DNA of 64,000 bases from Gammaproteobacteria bacterium (GTDB lineage: Bacteria > Pseudomonadota > Gammaproteobacteria > UBA4575): NCBI GenBank assembly GCA_965247265.1, contig OZ252002.1, positions 1,882,964 through 1,946,963 of the forward strand, given 5' to 3'. Under the pieces are notes generated by a model. The model did not search any database. It was not told where the DNA came from and was given only the letters and a program-made list of their open reading frames with translations. A program made the translations under genes and the position numbers. Shown in pieces: positions 1-11,258 of the stretch (the first letter of the stretch is position 1; each line of letters starts with the position of its first letter).

Positions 1-910
1 GCAGTGCATTTCCACCACTGCGATGAATAGTGCTTGTTAGTTTAACCTTACTATTACCAATGACTGCCTTAGTGGTTAAATTAAAGTAATCACTGGTTAC
101 GCTTAGATTTAAAACATCAATGGTAATGCCTTGTAAAAGTGGATGTCTTAGAAAATCGATAGGCTGCTCATATGGATCATCTTCGCGGTCCTTCACCAAA
201 TCATTGGCCAATTCTAGTGCAATTTTCGGGCTTAGACTTGCTAAAACTTCGGCTGATGCGGTATTAAGATTCAATGCCACATTGGCAGGTAACGTTGTGA
301 CATGAGGAAGCAAAATATTATAAGTATCCTGATCAAACCCTTTCACAAGGCGTAATTCTGAAATATCTGCCATGAGCTGATCGGCCGGTAAGTAAGCAAA
401 TTCCAATCCTATATAAATGTCTCGCTCTGCACCATCTGGACCCGCTGGGTTCACATCCTCGTCAATCCAATCAATAATGGCATCCACCAAACCTGGGTTT
501 AATTCAAGCAAGCTTAATAAACGTGATACGCGCTGTTTCATCGTTTCATCTACTTTTTTGTCTTTAATCAAACTGTTTAAATTAATTTTCCCCTGTGCAT
601 CTTCAATTTTTCCAATGATATATCCGCCCGGTAGTTCAAAAGGGGGAAGTTCAATGGCCCAATCTTCATCTAGACCATCGTAGCTACTGTTTTCCAGATC
701 ACGAGCAAGAATGGCTTGCGTCCATTGTTCAGCACCTTTTGCATAGGCCCATGCTTGGCTACTGTTAATCATATTTTCAGTTCGCCGCATATCTAATTGA
801 TAATTGGCGGCAATTGTCGTAGCCGCTGTTGCAGCAATGGCTAAAACAAGTATAGCTGTGATGGCTGCAACACCTTTATGTCTTTTAAAATTAAAAGTTT
901 TTTGTTTCAT
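1..910 (-). CDS. gspK: Type II secretion system protein GspK (partial, continues beyond window start)
   Basis: Minus-strand frame from ATG at 908-910 translates MKQKTFNFKRHKGVAAITAILVLAIAATAA... with an N-terminal TM helix and GspK-like body. The ATGA start overlaps the gspJ stop. No stop codon before position 1. Confidence 0.75.
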   Translation of the reverse strand, partial: MKQKTFNFKRHKGVAAITAILVLAIAATAATTIAANYQLDMRRTENMINSSQAWAYAKGAEQWTQAILARDLENSSYDGLDEDWAIELPPFELPGGYIIGKIEDAQGKINLNSLIKDKKVDETMKQRVSRLLSLLELNPGLVDAIIDWIDEDVNPAGPDGAERDIYIGLEFAYLPADQLMADISELRLVKGFDQDTYNILLPHVTTLPANVALNLNTASAEVLASLSPKIALELANDLVKDREDDPYEQPIDFLRHPLLQGITIDVLNLSVTSDYFNLTTKAVIGNSKVKLTSTIHRSGGNAL

Positions 911-1521
911 ATTGGTGCTGCAAAAACTCTTTTAATTTCGTCCCAGGGTTCCACTTTAATAGTGACTTCTAAAGCCTTGGGGATATTTACCTGATTTAGG
1001 TTACTATTTAAAGGCGGCCACGTCGTATGCCACTGGTTACTTTGATCAAGATAGCGCATGTTCCACGATTCAACGTTATTTAAAAGTTCTGTTTCAAAAT
1101 ATTCTTCTGCAATGGTGCCATCTAATTGTGCCCAGGTGTATCGAGTAAGTGTGTTTTCTGAAGCCTCATAGCTAATTCTTTGTAGCCGGCTACGAACAAG
1201 ATTTGCAGGATTTCTCCAACCAGAATGCGTAAAGCTTATTGCTTTATCCTCATCACCCACCAAAGCATGTTGTAAGTCACCATACTGATTTCGTACAGAT
1301 CGATTTATAATTTGTCCCATATCGCGCTCAATATATCGAAACGTCATCTGTAGATTCTTTAATCGAATCGCTGATTCTTGAAGGTGTTCTTGGCTATCTA
1401 AAACACGATTTAAACCTCCGTATGCCAGTACACTAACAACGGCAAAAATGGCAATTACAACTACCATTTCAATCAAAGTAAAACCTAAATAATTATTTGT
1501 AGTGTGAGCGCGTATAATCAT
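907..1521 (-). CDS. gspJ: Type II secretion minor pseudopilin GspJ
   Basis: 204 aa. Prepilin-type N-terminus GFTLIEMVVVIAIFAV. Position in gsp operon between gspI and gspK. Confidence 0.85.
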   Translation of the reverse strand: MIIRAHTTNNYLGFTLIEMVVVIAIFAVVSVLAYGGLNRVLDSQEHLQESAIRLKNLQMTFRYIERDMGQIINRSVRNQYGDLQHALVGDEDKAISFTHSGWRNPANLVRSRLQRISYEASENTLTRYTWAQLDGTIAEEYFETELLNNVESWNMRYLDQSNQWHTTWPPLNSNLNQVNIPKALEVTIKVEPWDEIKRVFAAPI

Positions 1522-1526
1522 AAAAT

Positions 1527-1910
1527 TTAGTTAGGCACATGCAGTAAACTAGTTAAGGCTGCATAGCTTTGTGCGTCTTTGTCTTTATCCATCCGCACTG
1601 ATATTTCTACGCGTTTAGTATCAGGATCTTCAGTACCGTCAATTTTTCTTGTCCAATACCACGTTAAACCTGCTAATTTTTCACTACCATCCGTAAATCC
1701 TATTTTTGGTTTAGCAGCGGTAAGTTCAATCTCAGCCATTTGGTTTTGTGCGACCCAATAGGCAAATGTTTTGTCTCGCAAATAAGCAGAATTAACAGTC
1801 GTAGAGGCTACGGTTTTGATTACAGCGGCCATCCCAAGTGCAATGATGGTTAACGCGACCATTACTTCTAAAAGTGTAAATCCTAAATAATGTTTTTGAG
1901 GAATTCGCAT
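1527..1910 (-). CDS. gspI: Type II secretion minor pseudopilin GspI
   Basis: 127 aa. Prepilin N-terminus GFTLLEVMVALTIIAL. Operon position. Confidence 0.85.
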   Translation of the reverse strand: MRIPQKHYLGFTLLEVMVALTIIALGMAAVIKTVASTTVNSAYLRDKTFAYWVAQNQMAEIELTAAKPKIGFTDGSEKLAGLTWYWTRKIDGTEDPDTKRVEISVRMDKDKDAQSYAALTSLLHVPN

Positions 1911-1914
1911 GATT

Positions 1915-2421
1915 TTAATTTACTGCTGCAAATTCTAATGCACCATTTTCTGCAATTTTTAAACGATAGGTATGATCGATCTTGTCTGTGATATTCACAT
2001 AAAAAGGTGTAATTGAACCATCAGAAAGAATATAAACCTGCGGCTTTACATCATCATCTTGCGCATAGGTAACTTTTATTCCTTCTAAAAACAATTTGAA
2101 CTCCAACCCTTCGGGCAAAGTGCGCTCACGCAAAAGGTTGTCATCAGTGACGGGTATCCAGCTAGTTTCTTCTTGATTTTCTGAGTCTAAGTGATAAAAC
2201 GAATAGCTCGTACGTGTAAATACAACACCAAACTCCTCAGAGTTGAATATTGCCTGCTCTTTAGCTAAATCTAATAATGCAGCCAGTTGTTGAGACTTTT
2301 GCTCGAGTCTTTTTCCTTGATTGTCACCAAGGGTAATAGTTGCCGCGGCTACAATCATTCCAATAATGAAAATTACAACCAGCAACTCTATTAACGTAAA
2401 TCCTCGAGATATATAGAACAT
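1915..2421 (-). CDS. gspH: Type II secretion minor pseudopilin GspH
   Basis: 168 aa. N-terminus GFTLIELLVVIFIIGMI. Operon position. Confidence 0.8.
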   Translation of the reverse strand: MFYISRGFTLIELLVVIFIIGMIVAAATITLGDNQGKRLEQKSQQLAALLDLAKEQAIFNSEEFGVVFTRTSYSFYHLDSENQEETSWIPVTDDNLLRERTLPEGLEFKLFLEGIKVTYAQDDDVKPQVYILSDGSITPFYVNITDKIDHTYRLKIAENGALEFAAVN

Positions 2422-2423
2422 AT

Positions 2424-2867
2424 TTAATTCAGGTCAGCAATTGACATATCCTTACTCATTTCTTCACCACCTACTTTTCCGTCAGCTCCAAATGAAAATA
2501 AATCGAAAGCAGTTCCTGATGATCCTGGAATCGCATATTGATATTCATTACCCCAAGGGTCTTTCGGAAGACTGCGAAGGTAACCACCTTGTTTCCAGTT
2601 TTTAGGCTCAGGCGCACCTAGTGGTTGTGTCACGAGGGCTTGTAATCCTTGTTCTGTAGAGGGGTAGTTGAAGTTATCTAATTTATATAAATTTAACGAT
2701 GCTTCAATTGCTCGAATGTCATTTGCAACTCTCACAATTTTGGCATCATCGGTGCGTTGCATCACTCTTGGTGCAACCATGGCGGCTAGCAATCTAATAA
2801 TTACGACTACAACAACAATCTCAATTAAGGTAAAGCCGTGAGTGCGGCTACGTGCATATCTAGACAT
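2424..2867 (-). CDS. gspG: Type II secretion major pseudopilin GspG
   Basis: 147 aa. HGFTLIEIVVVVVII prepilin peptidase site and conserved GspG body. Confidence 0.9.
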   Translation of the reverse strand: MSRYARSRTHGFTLIEIVVVVVIIRLLAAMVAPRVMQRTDDAKIVRVANDIRAIEASLNLYKLDNFNYPSTEQGLQALVTQPLGAPEPKNWKQGGYLRSLPKDPWGNEYQYAIPGSSGTAFDLFSFGADGKVGGEEMSKDMSIADLN

Positions 2868-3100
2868 TTATTTCTCTCTTAGTTATTAACTCGCTGATTA
2901 TTAATGATAAATACTTTAAAATTGTAACAAGAACTTGATTGCCACATGTCCTTCGATAGTCTTTATTGGTTAGGTTAGGCAGATGATTGGCAAAATTAGT
3001 TTACTGTATATTTAACTATAAATTATAAATAGTATAATTAAATACAGTAAGTTATATAACAATATTAAAGTAGGCTAGCTCACTTAAACAGTAGCCGTTT

Positions 3101-4318
3101 TTACTGTCCAACCATTTGGTTTAAATTAAAGATTGGCATCAATATGGCCATTACAATGGCAAGTACAAATACACCCATAAACACAATAATCATAGGTTCG
3201 AGCAGCTTCAATGTGGTGTTAATAATCATATTCAATTCACGCTCTTGCTGAGAGGCGGCACGGTCTAACATATCTTCTAAATTTCCACTTTGTTCGCCAC
3301 TTGCAATTAGGTGCAATGTCATAGGTGGAAAATGGCCTGAGCGTTCCAATGACGTGTGAATATTTGCGCCTTCACTAACACTTACAGCAGCTTCCTGAAC
3401 AGCTTGACGCATGGGCCGGTTGATGATTACTTCAGTAGCAATACGTAGTGAATCGAGTACAGGTACGCCAGAAGCTGTCATGATACTTAAGGTTCGTGCA
3501 AAGCGTGCTGTATTGAGTCCACGTGTGAGCTTTCCAATAATAGGAAGGCCTAAATAAAATTTTTGAACTTTTGCTCGAAATAGTTCACTTTTCATCGAGC
3601 GTTGAAACAGAACTATCGCAATTATTATAGCGATCAAAATAAAAATTCCATAGGAAATTAGAAAGTCACTTGTTGCAATCAAAATGGTAGTGGGTAATGG
3701 GAGCTCTTGACCCATATCTGTAAACACGTTTACAACTTTTGGTACAACAATCGTGACGAGTAAAACTACGACTGCAAGCGCAATTATTAGAAGTACGATT
3801 GGATAGAATAACGCACCAATTACACTTTGTTGTGTTTCTTGCCGAGATTCCGTGTAATCGGCTAGGCGTTTCAGAACGGCATCAAGGTGGCCTGATTTTT
3901 CTCCAGCTGAAACTGTAGCGCGGTACATCTCTGGAAATGCAGATGGGAATTCGTTCAATGCTTTTTCAAGCGAGAATCCTTCTGTAACACGTGATCGCAC
4001 GCCCATGATAATGCTCGACACACGAGGTTTTTCCGTGTGTTTAGCAACAATACGTAAGGATTCTTCGAGGGGAGTGCCCGAATTAACGAGCGTTGCAAGT
4101 TGGCGAGTAAATAATGCCAGATCAGTTGAACTAAACCCTCGTTTAAATAGTCTGCTTACAGATACTTTAGCTTGTCGTTCTTTTACTTGCGCAATTGCAA
4201 GTGGATCAAATCCTTTGGAACGTAGCTGTTGTCTAGCAGAACGCGGACTATCGCCTTCAATGACATCGTTTTTTTCACGGCCGTGACTGTCTAATGCGGT
4301 ATATTCAAATGCAGGCAT
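3101..4318 (-). CDS. gspF: Type II secretion inner-membrane platform protein GspF
   Basis: 405 aa. Two GspF repeat domains with three TM segments. Between gspG and gspE. Confidence 0.9.
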   Translation of the reverse strand: MPAFEYTALDSHGREKNDVIEGDSPRSARQQLRSKGFDPLAIAQVKERQAKVSVSRLFKRGFSSTDLALFTRQLATLVNSGTPLEESLRIVAKHTEKPRVSSIIMGVRSRVTEGFSLEKALNEFPSAFPEMYRATVSAGEKSGHLDAVLKRLADYTESRQETQQSVIGALFYPIVLLIIALAVVVLLVTIVVPKVVNVFTDMGQELPLPTTILIATSDFLISYGIFILIAIIIAIVLFQRSMKSELFRAKVQKFYLGLPIIGKLTRGLNTARFARTLSIMTASGVPVLDSLRIATEVIINRPMRQAVQEAAVSVSEGANIHTSLERSGHFPPMTLHLIASGEQSGNLEDMLDRAASQQERELNMIINTTLKLLEPMIIVFMGVFVLAIVMAILMPIFNLNQMVGQ

Positions 4319-4341
4319 GAGAGGATATGGATGTTAGTCAC

Positions 4342-5879
4342 TTAAATGACAATATCTTCTTTCGTTACGCGCATCACTTCTTCTAGCGTAGTGTCTCCTT
4401 CAAGCACTAAGCGCACTCCGTCTTGACGAATGCTATGTGTATGCAGATGTGCATATTTTTCTAGCTCTTGTTCTGCGCCCACATCATGAATCATTGTGCG
4501 CATGTTCTCATCGATGGATACCAATTCATAAATTCCTGATCTACCTGAATAGCCAGTACTGTTACAGGCATTGCATGAGCCTGGTGAATAAATAATGGGC
4601 GCATCATTCATTGCTACACCTGCTTGCGCCATTCTTAGTTGCTCATATTCCACTGAACTTGCGGTATGTGAAATTTTGCACTCATCGCACAACACCCGCA
4701 CTAATCTTTGCGCCAATACCGCGACGAGGACTGAAGCTAATAAGAAGGGTTCAACCCCCATGTCACGCATACGAGTGATAGCACCGACTGCTGTATTCGT
4801 ATGCAAGGTAGAGAACACCATATGCCCGTTAAACTTGCTTGCACTGCAATTTGCGCTGTTTCAAAATCACGAATCTCACCAACCATCACAACATCAGGGT
4901 CTTGGCGCAAAATAGCACGCAGACCTCGTGCAAAGGTCATGTCTACCTTTTGATTTACTTGAGTTTGCCCAATGCCATCTATGAAATATTCAATAGGATC
5001 TTCAACTGTCAGTATATTGCGTTTTTTATCATTAATTTCACTTAATGCTGCATATAGCGTTGTGGTTTTTCCTGATCCTGTTGGGCCGGTTACCAACACG
5101 ATACCATGTTGTTTTTCTATCGATAATTTAATCTTTTTGTGAATTTCAGACTGCATGCCGAGGTGACTTAAATCTAAACGCCCTGCTTGTTTATCTAGCA
5201 AGCGCAACACCACACGCTCTCCATGCCCAGAGGGTAGGGTCGATACACGTACATCTACGGGTCGTCCGGCAATGCGCAATGATATTCGACCATCTTGCGG
5301 TAAGCGTTTCTCAGCAATATCAAGTTGTGCCATAACCTTTATTCGCGAAACAACTAATGCACCAAGATTCCTTGGTGGTTGCAAAACTTCACGCAATACA
5401 CCATCAACACGCATGCGAACTGATAATCGAGATTCAAATGATTCAATGTGAATATCAGATGCATTCTCTTTAACGGCCTGTGTTAACAAAGCATTAATTA
5501 AACGAATAATTGGAGCATCATCGTCTGCGTCCATTAAATCTTGGGGTTCAGGTAGTGCTTCGGCAAGGCTTTCTAAATCAAGGTCATCTTCGAAACTTTC
5601 CATCATGGCGAGTGCGCCTGATGCGCTTTCGTCGTAAAGCTGCGTGAGCAATTCATCAAACTCTTCGTCTGATAAGGTGCGGATGTTTAATGGCTTGCCA
5701 ACAAAACGTCTGGCTTCTGCTAAGGATGGGGGTTTAACATCTGGACGCTGAAATATCATTACACGCCCATTGATTTCATTTCCAATTAGAATGCCATGCC
5801 GTTTGGCAAAACTAAATGGCGGCCTACGGACTTCGCGAGGTGCAAATGATGGTTGTGCTTTCTCGGCTTCCATGGTCAA
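4342..5879 (-). pseudogene. gspE: Type II secretion ATPase GspE, disrupted by a 1-nt deletion
   Basis: N-terminal ORF 4737-5879 ends ...AVQASLTG then leaves frame. C-terminal ORF 4342-4821 starts [16 protein letters not shown], the conserved His box. Walker [10 protein letters not shown] is present, as is the tetracysteine motif CDECK...CNAC. A missing C at about 4828 (ggcatatgg where ggccatatgg is expected) joins the halves. Confidence 0.8.
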
Positions 5880-5887
5880 TTGAATTT

Positions 5888-7997
5888 TTACTCAACAATA
5901 ATTACATCAGAATCAGAAGGTATAGAAACGTTTTCAACTTCAACTTCTTCTAATTCAACATTTTGACCATCTTCAACAGGCATGGTTTCAACTACAGGTG
6001 TTAGTTCTAAAAGTTGATCAACCGATACAGTTGGGCTTACCGAACCGCCGCCAGGTATTTGTGTAACGAGTTCATCAAGATCGGGGAATAATGTTGCACC
6101 TTCTTTAATTAGGCCGCGATCATCAAGTTTTGCATCTAATTGTCTGGCTTGGAGATACTTATACTTAGAATTGGTTGCTAAGCTGCCTAGAGCTTCATCA
6201 CGAATAATAATTGGATGAATAAACACCATTAAGTTTTGTTTATCTTTTGTTGTGGTTGTAATTTTGAACAAGTGCCCTAACAGCGGTATGTCGCCTAATA
6301 ATGGAACCTTTTGTACTACGTCACGATATGTATCTTCAATTAATCCACCTAACACAATTGTTTGCTGGTCTCTTACAAGCACACTTGTTTTTATTGCGCG
6401 TTTATTTGTAATCAGATCGGTTGCAACAGTTGAACTCGACAGGGTAGAGGCTTCTTGTTCAATATCTAGCTGGACACTATCTCCTTCATTAATTTGGGGC
6501 GTAATGCGCAACGTTATCCCTACATCTTGACGCTCAATGGTTTGAAACGGATTAACAGAGGTATCCGTACCAGATCCTGTGTTGGTGAATGAGCCTGTTA
6601 CAAACGGAACATTTTGAGCAACCACAATTTCAGCCTCTTCGTTATCAAGTGTCAAAATAGAAGGTGTTGATAAAATATTGGTCGCCGCATCTACTTCTAA
6701 GGCGCGTAATATCGCTGCCCAACGATCTTTACCACTTCTCTTTGCAGCGCCAGCAAAAAAACCATTGCCAATCCCTGTAATCGTATCGACAACTTCATCT
6801 GCAAAAAGACTGGGCAAAGTAAGATTGCTGTCCAGAAATCCAACAGCGGGAGTACCACTTCCTGATCTGTCTGTGGGCACATATGCAAATTGGAAACCTA
6901 GGTCTTTGGCAAGGCCTGTGCTGACTTCTGCAATGATTGCATCGACCAAGACTTGTGCACGGCGAATATCAAGTTGTTTGATGATACGGCGCAGACTTTC
7001 GAATTTTGCAGGGGATGCGGTAATAATTAATGCATTGGTAGTTTCATCGGCTTGAATATCGACATCTGAATTTTGAGCAAATGTTGTGACAGTTCCACCT
7101 TGTTGCTGTTCGCCTTGGGCTTCAAATTGAGTAATGCCCAGTAATATGGGTGCAAGCTCGGCTGCTTTGGCATACTTTAAGTAGACAACTTGCGAGTTGC
7201 CGCCGCCTTCAAGTGGGGTGTCTAAATGTGCAATTAACCCGCGAATTCTTAAACGTGCTGCGTTATCTCCTGACAACAAAATACTGTTGGAACGTTCATC
7301 TGCTGCAAGCGTAGCTTGACCCGGCACTTGTCCACCTTGTGCGTCTTTACGGTTAAGTGAATTGATAATTTGTACCACTTCATTTGCGGACGCGTGTTGA
7401 AGTGGCACGACTTCAATTTCTTGGCTATAGGGCCGGTCGATACGACCAATAATTGTAATTAAGCGATGTATATTTGCAGCACGGTCTGAGATCACGAGCA
7501 CATTACTACTAGGGTAGGCTGCGAGATGCCCTTGTTGAGGAACAAGGGGGCGTAGAATAGGTACCATCTGAGCAAGCAGGTACATTCTTTATAGAAATAA
7601 CGCGTGTGACGAGCTCATCACCGGTGCCTTGCTAATCACCACTCGCTGTTGCAACAGGTCCTTGCTTAGCATTTACATCTGGTAGGATTTTTACAATTTC
7701 ACCTACTTGTACTGCTGCATAGCCATGAACTTGTAAAACGGAGAGAAATACTTGATACACCTCTTCACGGTCCATGGGTCGTGCAGATATCACAGTGGCC
7801 TTAGCTTTTACGCGAGGATCTACTACAAAGTTTCTATCTGTAGCCGCCGCAACCGTTTCTATAAATGATCGTATATCGGCATCTTTGAGATTCAGCGTCA
7901 CACCTGTTTCAGCAAGCGATGTACTGAAAATTACAAAACATGCAGTAGCAATGCATATTAATTTACAAATCTTAGATTTTAAAAACATATATTTCAT
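5888..7997 (-). pseudogene. gspD: Type II secretion secretin GspD, disrupted by an in-frame TAG plus a frameshift between the N0 and N1 domains
   Basis: ORF 7632-7997 encodes a signal peptide plus secretin N0 domain (VTLNLKDADIRSFIETVAAATDRNFVVDPRVKAKATVIS). It ends at a TAG, after which the same frame continues GDELVTRVISIKNV. The body of the secretin (5888-7585, 565 aa, N1-N3 and secretin domain) is in another frame. Confidence 0.8.
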
Positions 7998-8148
7998 ATA
8001 GTTATGGCATTTTATTAAGATAAAATGGTATGAATAATGTATTGCCGTGCGATATACCCTTACTTAAAGTAAGCAAAGTATTTATACATGATATTTCCTT
8101 ATAAGACATAACGTTAAATCTCTGTGATCAGTATTCCTAGACTAACGG

Positions 8149-9039
8149 CTATTGAGTTAAATCCTGAAACAGTGTCAATTCAGTTCCTTCACGAATAACA
8201 ACCATTGTAATCTCATCGGCAGTGGCTAGCGTTTGTAGCGCTTTGGGACCCTTATCGGGTTGATCCAAAGGGATACCATTAAAATTGATGACAACGTCAC
8301 CAGGTTGGAAGCCCAGCGCATAAAACATATCTGGATTTTTACTTGGGATGACCTTGTAGCCTTGGAATTCACCGGTTTCTTCATTTTTCTCAGGTGTAGC
8401 ACGGATGAATTCAGTGAGTCGAGTTGGGTTTTTCATGACTTCTTGGCGAAATTGCCCGAGTGATTCAAAGTCACCACGAGCCTGTGTTGCCTGTGGTTGT
8501 GGTGTGGATCGAGGCGTTGCTACAGGCTCATTTCCAAAACCCTTGGCATTCGCTTTAGGCAGGCGCAGCGTTTCCATGCGAATATCGCGCTCTAAAATAA
8601 CACGGTCGGGATACACAGCATGCAATGTTGCACCACCAGGAATATCATCACCGAGTGAATAGTGTTTTACCTTGTTTGCCCCGCTTGAAATAATGGCATA
8701 GCCATATTCTTTATTACCAGCCAGGACACCTAATAATTTTAGGTTCAGTGTTGTGTCAGGCGCGTTCTCCACTTTTTTAGATGCATTGGGTATGACTTTT
8801 CCCATGATGTGCATTTGAGCAACATTGCGATCATAGTTTGGCCGGGGTTGTGGCTTAGCAGGGTTGGTGGCTGCTGTTGGGGCTGTAGCCGTAACTGTAT
8901 CGACGCCTGAATTAAAAAAGCTCAAAAATACCTTTACCAAAGTGATAATAATTAAGGCAATTAAGGCTAGATTAACCAGACGTGGTAGCTTCGTCTCTAT
9001 TTGAGGCCAAAGCGTATTAAATGAAGCCGCGAATTCCAT
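8149..9039 (-). CDS. gspC: Type II secretion protein GspC (N-terminal TM, C-terminal PDZ-like domain)
   Basis: 296 aa. TM helix near the N-terminus. The C-terminal region GFQPGDVVINFNGIPL...EITMVVIREGTELTL is PDZ-like. Lies upstream of gspD. Confidence 0.65.
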   Translation of the reverse strand: MEFAASFNTLWPQIETKLPRLVNLALIALIIITLVKVFLSFFNSGVDTVTATAPTAATNPAKPQPRPNYDRNVAQMHIMGKVIPNASKKVENAPDTTLNLKLLGVLAGNKEYGYAIISSGANKVKHYSLGDDIPGGATLHAVYPDRVILERDIRMETLRLPKANAKGFGNEPVATPRSTPQPQATQARGDFESLGQFRQEVMKNPTRLTEFIRATPEKNEETGEFQGYKVIPSKNPDMFYALGFQPGDVVINFNGIPLDQPDKGPKALQTLATADEITMVVIREGTELTLFQDLTQ

Positions 9040-9202
9040 AAAATTTAGTCGTTTGCGTCCTTATTTCCTGACTATGATTTTTCAATTAGGATTAGAGTTA
9101 TAAAATGTTTCATTTTACTTGACAGCAAAACCATGGTTAGCGTAACTTGCGCCGGCTCTAATGATTAAGTATTTCCCTAACCGAGTTAACTTTTTCACTA
9201 TT

Positions 9203-9278
9203 GTCCCCATCGTCTAGAGGCCTAGGACATCGCCCTTTCACGGCGACAACAGGGGTTCGAATCCCCTTGGGGACGCCA
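9203..9278 (+). tRNA. tRNA-Glu (anticodon UUC)
   Basis: gtccccatcgtctagaggcctaggacatcgccctTTCacggcgacaacaggggttcgaatccccttggggacgcca. Near-identical in architecture to the E. coli tRNA-Glu cloverleaf, anticodon loop CTTTCAC. Confidence 0.9.
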
Positions 9279-9384
9279 ATAAAATCAATAATTTATAATA
9301 ATATCCAGCTCTATAATTCAAACACGGGTAATAAACGGGTAAATTTCCCGATTTATTATTTCTATTTCTTTAGGCATAAATCGA

Positions 9385-9615
9385 ATGACAGAGCTATTCG
9401 AAAAACTAAAATTTGAGCTCTCAAATAAGTATTACCGCTCTAGACGTAACCTAATACTGGCAAGTTCTTTCGCAATTTTTTGTCTTCTTGCGGATGTTTC
9501 TCGCAATGAGATAAGACCAGGTTTCTCAGCAGTAGCAGTGATTGGACGAGAATTTATGATTCCTGTATTTCTTATCGTAATAATTTCCTATTTCTGGTTT
9601 TGTCCTGCCCTCTAA
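9385..9615 (+). CDS. hypothetical small membrane protein
   Basis: 76-aa ORF with a hydrophobic C-terminal half. No recognisable motif. AT-rich and lies between the tRNA and the IS remnant. Confidence 0.2.
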   Translation: MTELFEKLKFELSNKYYRSRRNLILASSFAIFCLLADVSRNEIRPGFSAVAVIGREFMIPVFLIVIISYFWFCPAL

Positions 9616-9689
9616 ACTTGAATCGGTTTTGAATGCGAGACTTTCATAAATAGTCCTTCCCCAAAAGCTGGGCCAGGCTTTATGCGACA

Positions 9690-10815
9690 TTCTGACTTAA
9701 ATTTGCCTGTTTTTCTGCCCGTTCCCGGTGCGCTTCAGCGAAAACTCCACCGGTGTTTTGTAACCCAGCTGGCTGTACGGCCTTTCGTGATTATGCATCT
9801 CTCTCCATCGGTAAATCTTGATCCGTGCATCGTCCAAAGACAAGCACCAGTTCCGGTTCGAACATTCCAGCCTCACACGGGCATTCAATGCCTCGATCAA
9901 CGCATTGCCCGCGGGCTTTCCAGGGCGTGATAAGTCCAGCGTCACACCGTTGGCATAGGCCCACAAGTCCACTTCTTTCGACACGAACCCCAGGCCACTG
10001 TCGTCTGCTCCCTGAATCGTACGCGGGATCTCGTACTCCCGGGTAGCCCGCTCCAGGGTGTGTACCACATCATAGCCCGTATACCTGCGGCGCACCTCCA
10101 TCGCAGGACTTACACGAGTAAAGTGATCCACTATCTTAACACCCTCAGCCTCTGGCCATCCAAGGTCTGGGCCGCCATACAATCCATGCTCCAGCAGTCA
10201 TTCTGGAAACGGACCGGGGTAATACGTGCTTTCCGCAGTTTCTCCTGCACTCGCCGCCGTGGGCGTTTGTGCCGCACCTGCAGCCCCATCTCGCAGTACA
10301 ATCGATAGACCTGCTTGCGACACTGACCGCCCACAGCCTTCCCGACGTAACAACGCATGTATGCGTAGATACCCGTACCGGGTGCGGGTGGGTCCGCGCA
10401 ATGTCCCGGATCCGCTACTTCAATGCCACCTGTTCCACCTTGCGTGACCGGTACAGCCAGGTCTATCGCGGCAAATACACCCCCTCGCAAGCCCGCCTGG
10501 CACTCACCCCAAAACCATCCATCCACCCGGCGCGCCAACTCCCTCATGCGCGCAGGCCTTAAAGCTTTTTTCGGATCACCTCCTACAGCATGTGACGGTC
10601 CAGGCTCAAGTCCGCCACCCTCTGCTTCAATCAATGGTTCTCAACCTCCAGCTTCTTCAACCGGCGTACCTCTGAAGACGCCAATCCCCCAAACTTCTTC
10701 TTTCACCGGTAACATGTCTGCTCCGAAATCCCCACCTCCGTGACACCCATACCGCCCTCATGCTGGTGCAGCGCATAGGCAATCTGCTCCTCGCTAAACT
10801 GCGACTTCTTCATGC
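9690..10815 (-). mobile_element. Degraded IS3-family insertion sequence (orfA/orfB remnants with multiple frameshifts and stops)
   Basis: The minus strand from 10812 encodes MKKSQFSEEQIAYALHQHEGGMGVTEV..., an IS3-family OrfA HTH start, interrupted by stops. The ORF at 10131-10634 and the ORF at 9697-10182 carry the IS3 OrfB integrase-core (DDE) homology (…KTPVEFSLKRTG). The element is GC-rich relative to the flanks. Exact ends are not determined. Confidence 0.75.
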
Positions 10816-11258
10816 AAAAACATCCTTCCCCTACAAGGACATCTTAACGAGATTTTTCGCACTATGCCTGGTTCAGTTTACGGGGAGAAGACCAATCATC
10901 ATCTTTTTCCTGTTCTTAGATTTGTGTCAGATTCTGGGTTTACCCACAAGAAGAAGCTTTTATGTTCATGGGCAGCATTACAATGCTCAAGACATACGGC
11001 CTGCACAATGGGTTTAGACCTAAATTGCCGATCACATTTGTCAGTGATGATTGGAACGTTGTTTTCGTGTGCCTTGGTCCATGCTCCTGAATTTCGCAAT
11101 AAAATTTTTCTGGGGCAATTCAGTTGTGAACAATGCCTTTTTATTTACTTTCCTCCTTGTAGCGAGTTTGCTCTGAGCTACATCCAATATTTGTGGTAGC
11201 CTTTAATATGTAAAGGTGTACAGTACACCGCACACCAATCCGGGAAAGTCAATATATT

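Noticed and set aside
120-683. Plus-strand ORFs 120-305 and 417-683
   Set aside because: They are antisense to the well-supported gspK coding sequence and have no recognisable features.
9682-10743. Multiple 60-110-aa ORFs on both strands in the GC-rich stretch
   Set aside because: They are by-products of the high-GC IS3 remnant. The only homology-bearing frames are the minus-strand orfA/orfB fragments.
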